Assembly (NCBI GenBank): GCA_037441675.1
Contig: JBBIRS010000001.1
Location: forward strand, 320,001 to 384,000
Reading direction: 5' to 3'
Origin: Planctomycetales bacterium
Lineage (GTDB): Bacteria > 4484-113
DNA length: 64,000 nt
Shown: positions 59,153 through 64,000 of the stretch, in pieces
Numbering within the stretch: the first letter of the stretch is position 1
How the letters are laid out: each line of letters starts with the position of its first letter
The notes under the pieces: model-generated
Told to the model about the DNA's origin: nothing
Databases searched by the model: none
What the model saw: only the letters and a program-made list of their open reading frames with translations
Translations under genes and position numbers: made by a program

Positions 59153-60052
59153 CTACTCGCCGAAGAGTTGAACCTCAATTATCTGGTTCGCCTTGAAATC
59201 TTCAAATCGCAAATAGTAATCAACGGTTTTCACAAGTGCCTCGAGCGGTAGAAGCCCCACTACTTCGCTCCCAACGATAGACACTCCATACCTCTTTGCC
59301 TCCATCTTCACCATCTCAAAAACCCTGTACATCGGCGTATCAATGGGGTTCACGAGGTTCATTGAGATTTGCACCTGCTTTCTATCCTCAAGCCAAACCG
59401 CCATCGCCTTCACGTTTGCTAGCCCTCCCTTTGCCTCCCTAATACAGCTCACAATCTTCTTTCCGACCTTCATATCGTCAGTGTTCAAGTTAATGTTATA
59501 AGCGATGAGAAAATTCCTTGCGCCAACAACAGTTGCGCCTGCGGTTGGATGTGGAGCAGGCTCGCCGAAGTCCGGTTTCCAAAGCGCATCTTTCATCTTC
59601 TCGGAAAGTCCCTCAAATTCGCCACGCCTTATATCAGCGAGATTTTTCCGATGTGGAGCGGATGCCGCATACTCGTATAGATAGACGGGAATTTGAAGAT
59701 CCTTCCAAATCCTAGCGCCAAGCCTCTTCGCTAGCTCAACGCAATCATACATACTAACTCCCGCAATGGGGACAAATGGAATTACGTCCACCGCGCCCAT
59801 CCTTGGATGCTCGCCCTTATGTTTGGTAAGGTCAATTAGCTCCCTGCATTTCTTCGCAAGCTGAAACGCCGCTTCAAGGCAGGCATCAGGCTCTCCTGCA
59901 AATGTTATCACTGTTCTGTTGTGGTCAGCATCGGAGGAGTAATCCAAAAGCTTCACCCCCTGCACCGCGTTTATCACCTCAACGCATGCCTTCACCTTTT
60001 CCGCATCTCTACCCTCGCTGATGTTTGGAACACATTCAACGACACGCTTCAT
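59153..60052 (-). CDS. ftcD: Glutamate formimidoyltransferase
   Basis: 'VECVPNISEGRD', 'DADHNRTV', 'HKGEHPRMGAVDVIPF', 'HPTAGA', 'QISMNL', 'GSEVVGL'. Confidence 0.95.
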   Translation of the reverse strand: MKRVVECVPNISEGRDAEKVKACVEVINAVQGVKLLDYSSDADHNRTVITFAGEPDACLEAAFQLAKKCRELIDLTKHKGEHPRMGAVDVIPFVPIAGVSMYDCVELAKRLGARIWKDLQIPVYLYEYAASAPHRKNLADIRRGEFEGLSEKMKDALWKPDFGEPAPHPTAGATVVGARNFLIAYNINLNTDDMKVGKKIVSCIREAKGGLANVKAMAVWLEDRKQVQISMNLVNPIDTPMYRVFEMVKMEAKRYGVSIVGSEVVGLLPLEALVKTVDYYLRFEDFKANQIIEVQLFGE

Positions 60053-60210
60053 TGAGTATCCCTCCGGCTTTAGTTTTAAGATTAAAAACTGATGGAGTAA
60101 TCGCTTTAAGAATAATGCAAAAAAAACTCGTTGGCAAATTACTAAAATAAATTCCCCCTTGCGATGCTTTATTTTCTGGTATAATTTTTTAACTTCAAAG
60201 GAAGCCTGAT

Positions 60211-61554
60211 ATGAGACATATACGGAGGGTTCTTTTTGGATTGCTCCCCATTGGTGTCTGGTTCATTTTGACGTCAAGCGCAAATTCGCAAATGAGCACT
60301 GCCGGACCTAGGGGAATACCTATCCCTCCTCCTGAGGGTATGACGCCTGAAGTTCCTTCACCTCTTACAAAAGAGCCTGAAGTGTTCATCCCGCTACCAA
60401 CCAAGGTATGGGCACAGGATCTTCCCAATGACAATGGCACAGGGCTGGTGGTAATCTTTGAAAAGGCGGAGGGGGAAACTGAAGAACAATTTTACATCGT
60501 CCTAATAGCTGAAAGCCCTGAAGGGCCCTGGTATGAGGCGGTTAGATTTCCTGCGGATACTTCCTTCAAGGATGACTATAGTTCATACTTTCCAGGTTTC
60601 TTTTGGTTTAGGAAACATAAGGAGCCAAGAACCTGGCATGCCGCGGTAATTTCGGAAGTTTCAGTTGGAGAAAGAGTAATTCCAGAGAAGGGCAAGAACT
60701 ACTACCTTAAGCTACTAGCTGAAAAACAGGGAAGGGTAGTGGAGTATCCGCAGCTCATGGAAGCTAGAACGAGAGTAAATTGGTTTCATACCGCAAGGAC
60801 GAACAACCTCATCTTTGCAGTTATTTTTGGCGCTGTAATACTATACTACATTGCGCTCGCGAGAAAAGACCCGAATCTCTACATTAGAAAAATCGCGGGG
60901 CTGGAAGCGGTTGACGAGGCGATTGGTCGCGCCACTGAAATGGGCAAGCCAATTCTATATCTTAACGGAATGGACCCCCTATCAACTCTCTCAACCCTAG
61001 CTTCCCTGAATATTCTCGGAAGAGTGGCGAGACGGGTGGCAAACTATGATAGCGAACTCCTCGTCCCTTCAAAGGACCCAGTCGTTCTATCTGTGGCGCA
61101 GGAGGTGGTTAAACAGGGTTATCTTGACGCAGGTCGCCCGGACGCGTACAAGGAGGACAACGTCTTCTTCCTGACGGAAGACCAATTTGCATATACCGCC
61201 TCTGTTTGCGGAATTATGGTTAGGGACAAGCCCGCTGCAAACATATTTATGGGTTACTACTATGCGGAAAGTCTAATTCTAGCTGAAACTGGTGCTACAA
61301 CCGGTGCAATTCAAATTGCGGGTACAGACTCCACTTCCCAACTCCCCTTCTTCGTTACCACCTGCGATTACACTCTCATTGGGGAGGAGCTTTACGCAGC
61401 AAGCGCATATCTTGCCAGAGAACCAAGGCTCTTAGGTAGCCTAAAGGGTCAGGATGTGGGCAAGCTATTTATTATGATTGTCATCCTTGTCGGCACTATT
61501 CTTGCGAGTGTGGGTTTTATGTTCGTCAGAGACCTTTTCAAAGCATTGGGATAA
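60211..61554 (+). CDS. Uncharacterised membrane protein: exported FN3-like domain, TM, conserved alpha/beta domain (DUF6754-like), TM
   Basis: Signal-like N-terminus, Pro-rich linker, 'AQDLPNDNG', TM, 'IRKIAGLEAVDEAIGRATEMGKP', 'DYTLIGEELYAASAYL', C-terminal TM. DUF label is from memory. Confidence 0.75.
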   Translation: MRHIRRVLFGLLPIGVWFILTSSANSQMSTAGPRGIPIPPPEGMTPEVPSPLTKEPEVFIPLPTKVWAQDLPNDNGTGLVVIFEKAEGETEEQFYIVLIAESPEGPWYEAVRFPADTSFKDDYSSYFPGFFWFRKHKEPRTWHAAVISEVSVGERVIPEKGKNYYLKLLAEKQGRVVEYPQLMEARTRVNWFHTARTNNLIFAVIFGAVILYYIALARKDPNLYIRKIAGLEAVDEAIGRATEMGKPILYLNGMDPLSTLSTLASLNILGRVARRVANYDSELLVPSKDPVVLSVAQEVVKQGYLDAGRPDAYKEDNVFFLTEDQFAYTASVCGIMVRDKPAANIFMGYYYAESLILAETGATTGAIQIAGTDSTSQLPFFVTTCDYTLIGEELYAASAYLAREPRLLGSLKGQDVGKLFIMIVILVGTILASVGFMFVRDLFKALG

Positions 61555-61557
61555 GAG

Positions 61558-62244
61558 ATGCAGTTTCTTAAAAAGCAATTTCCAATCGTCTTGGCGTTCC
61601 TAATGGGAATGCTGATGTTCGTCAGGGAGTATGTCCCAACCGACTTTGCGGAGAGTGTTTACAACTGGTATGTCAGGTGGGACATAATTATCGCAGGTTT
61701 TGCGGGGGTGTTAGCTATTATTTCGCTCGTTCACTACCACACAACTAAAGTAAGACGGCGCGTTCCAGGCTATGGTTATTCCATTATCACCCTTGCCGCT
61801 TTCTGGGTGATGCTCGTTCTAACCTTGATATTCGGCTTGGAAGCGAAGGTTGAAGGTGGGCTAACTCCCGGTCAATGGCTTTACAACTATGTCTTTTTGC
61901 CGAACCAGGCAACAATGTTCGCGACACTCGCCTTCTTCATTGCAAGCGCTGCCTTTAGGGCATTTCGCGCAAGAACCGCTGAAGCCACAGCGCTTTTAAT
62001 CGCGGGACTAATTGTGATGATTGGAAGAGTGCCCGCGGGCGACGAGATTGTCAACTTCTTCTCTCGGCTCTTCGCGGGAAATGAAGTCGGAGCTTCCATT
62101 AGCACCTTTGCGGATTGGATTATGAACAATCCCAATATGGCGGGATATCGCGGAATTATTCTCGGCATTGCTCTCGCGCAGATTGCTCTATCTGTGAGAA
62201 TTATATTTGGTATTGAGAGAACTTATTTGGGGGGCGGGGAGTAA
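61558..62244 (+). CDS. Uncharacterised multi-pass membrane protein
   Basis: About 6 TM; 'ATMFATLAFFIASAAFRAFRAR', 'RIIFGIERTYLG'. Confidence 0.8.
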   Translation: MQFLKKQFPIVLAFLMGMLMFVREYVPTDFAESVYNWYVRWDIIIAGFAGVLAIISLVHYHTTKVRRRVPGYGYSIITLAAFWVMLVLTLIFGLEAKVEGGLTPGQWLYNYVFLPNQATMFATLAFFIASAAFRAFRARTAEATALLIAGLIVMIGRVPAGDEIVNFFSRLFAGNEVGASISTFADWIMNNPNMAGYRGIILGIALAQIALSVRIIFGIERTYLGGGE

Positions 62245-63101
62245 TGAAAAAATTCCTCAAGTGGTTTTTGAGTCTCGATAGAAGAATTATCTACGCGCTT
62301 TTAGCTATTGCGGTCATCGTACCTATCCTAATTCCCCTTAACGTTCGCGTATATCCGACCCCTGAAGTCACAGGAGTTTTTGACACAATTGAGAATTTAC
62401 CGGAAGGCTCAAACATTATGCTCTCTGTTGATTATGACCCAGCATCAATGCCGGAGCTTTATCCAATGATGAAGGCGATAATGCAGCACGTTATAAATAA
62501 AAGGCACAAGCTTTTTATCCTTGCCCTTTGGCCCCTTGGAACCGGCTTAGTTACTCAGGCAATAAGCGAGTTGAAGGAGGTTCCTGGAAACGAGTGGTGG
62601 ACCGAAGGAGAAGACTATGTATTCTTAGGATATAAACCAGGGACTACCCTTGTGATAATGGGAGTTGGGCAGTCCATAAGAGATACCTTTGTAAAAGACT
62701 ACACTGGCAAGCCCTTGGACACAATGCCGATAATGCAGGGTGTGGATAAACTCAAGCAGATGGATTACCTGGTAATGCTAGAAGCGGGAATTGCAGGTGA
62801 TTACTGGATTGTCTATGGAACGGAGGTGCACGATGTTCCTGTTGGTGCAGGAGTTACCGCGGTTATGGCGCCCCAGTATTACCCTTATCTGCAGGCGAAT
62901 CAGGTGAACGGAATTATTGGCGGACTAAAAGGAGCTGCGGAGTACGAGGCTTTAATGGATTTCAAAGGAAAAGCATCCCGTGCTATGGATGCCCAAGCCA
63001 CCGTTCACTCTCTAGTATTCTTAGCCATCATCTTGGCGAATGTATTTACGGTATGGTTGCGCGCTTTGGAGCGGAAAGAAAGGGCAGGAGGTGTAGGGTA
63101 A
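62244..63101 (+). CDS. Uncharacterised two-TM protein with soluble alpha/beta domain (apparent paralogue of the 60211 gene)
   Basis: Basic N-terminus, TM, 'DYDPASMPEL', 'YVFLGYKPG', 'GIIGGLKGAAEYE', C-terminal TM; TAATG overlap with the upstream gene. Confidence 0.8.
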   Translation: MKKFLKWFLSLDRRIIYALLAIAVIVPILIPLNVRVYPTPEVTGVFDTIENLPEGSNIMLSVDYDPASMPELYPMMKAIMQHVINKRHKLFILALWPLGTGLVTQAISELKEVPGNEWWTEGEDYVFLGYKPGTTLVIMGVGQSIRDTFVKDYTGKPLDTMPIMQGVDKLKQMDYLVMLEAGIAGDYWIVYGTEVHDVPVGAGVTAVMAPQYYPYLQANQVNGIIGGLKGAAEYEALMDFKGKASRAMDAQATVHSLVFLAIILANVFTVWLRALERKERAGGVG

Positions 63102-63875
63102 ATGAACGTGGTTTTTGCGCTTCTATTACAGCAAGAATTGCCTTCAGGTTTCCTAGCTGGAATGCAAAAATTCTTCGGAAGTCCCTCTATGACAACAATC
63201 GGGATATGGATAGCTGCTGGTTTCACTTTGGCTATGTTCTCATTTATCTTTGGCGATAACCCGCTCTTCAAGTTAGGTCAGCATTTGTATCTTGGACTTT
63301 CCGCTGCGTGGATAATGGCTCTAACATGGTTTAACCTTATAAAGCCAAACTTCGTATATCGGCTTATTCCATTTCTTGATCCTAAATACGGTCAGGCCGG
63401 CGCAACGCCTTTTGACCCTTGGGTCATCATCCCCGCGATTATGGGTATGTTCATCATTCTGCGTATAATTAGGCCTATAGCTTGGCTATCGAGGATTACC
63501 TTTGCCTTCTACATTGGTGGAGCAACAGGTATTGCCATTCCAAAGGTAATTAACGGTCTTCTTCTTCCTCAATTCTATTCAACTATAAACAGGATAGATG
63601 TGCTTCCAAGTAACGCAAGTGAAATTGTCCTTCTCATTAATTCCTTGATACTGCTCGTTGGCGCTTTAACAGTTCTCGTTTACTTCTTCTTCAGCGTGGA
63701 ACACAGAGGGGTAATTGGAAGATTCGCTCGCGTTGGTATCTATTTCCTTATGATAGCCTTTGGTGCATCCTTCGGCTATACCATAATGGCGCGTGTTTCT
63801 CTCTTAATCGGCAGGATGCAATTTTTGCTTATAGACTGGCTTCACTTGAACAAAATATTCCCGGGCGCCGGCTAG
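63102..63875 (+). CDS. Uncharacterised multi-pass membrane protein
   Basis: About 6-7 TM; 'FSFIFGDNPLFK', 'FLMIAFGASFGYTIMAR.SLL.GR'. Confidence 0.8.
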   Translation: MNVVFALLLQQELPSGFLAGMQKFFGSPSMTTIGIWIAAGFTLAMFSFIFGDNPLFKLGQHLYLGLSAAWIMALTWFNLIKPNFVYRLIPFLDPKYGQAGATPFDPWVIIPAIMGMFIILRIIRPIAWLSRITFAFYIGGATGIAIPKVINGLLLPQFYSTINRIDVLPSNASEIVLLINSLILLVGALTVLVYFFFSVEHRGVIGRFARVGIYFLMIAFGASFGYTIMARVSLLIGRMQFLLIDWLHLNKIFPGAG

Positions 63876-63877
63876 TT

Positions 63878-64000
63878 ATGTTCCGAAGCTTCCGTTTATC
63901 CATCCTTTGCTCAATCTTTTTTGTCCTTCTGAATGCCTTTTTCATAAGTCCTGCGTCCCTTGCTAAGGATAATAATCGTTTAGATTCTCTTCCCGCCAAA
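63878..64000 (+). CDS. Partial exported protein (signal peptide), runs off the window
   Basis: ATG 2 nt after the previous stop; 'MFRSFRLSILCSIFFVLLNAFFISPASLA-KDNN'. Confidence 0.6.
   Translation, partial: MFRSFRLSILCSIFFVLLNAFFISPASLAKDNNRLDSLPAK

Overview
Mostly core chromosome of an anaerobic, diderm (LPS-making: waaA, kdsD) bacterium of moderate GC. It contains mscS, a YyaL/SSP411-family gene broken by two in-frame stops, murA, and a complete F-type ATP synthase operon (atpZ-I-B-E-F-H-A-[unknown]-G-D-C) with an extra Sm/Hfq-like gene between atpA and atpG. It continues with LPS/glycosyl genes, addBA, leuS-comEA-DUF167, rpmB, lipoproteins, hypB, a 6S RNA, a 10-Cys secreted small protein, and a CXXC-less thioredoxin beside iscS. 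A Cys-rich MerR gene heads an hdrC-hdrB-hdrA(L-type, with a GltD/NfnB-like insert)-mvhD-mvhG-mvhA operon. Next come tatB/tatC, infC-rpmI-rplT-pheS (infC with a non-ATG start and a uORF), housekeeping genes, and a detached pheT. A heavily deleted type IIG/ISP-like restriction-modification gene has a cyclase-like gene nested inside it. The window ends with ftcD and a tightly coupled operon of four uncharacterised membrane proteins, two of which look like paralogues with inverted topology. No rRNA, tRNA, CRISPR array or intact transposase was seen. All family calls are from motif recognition by eye; no searches were run.
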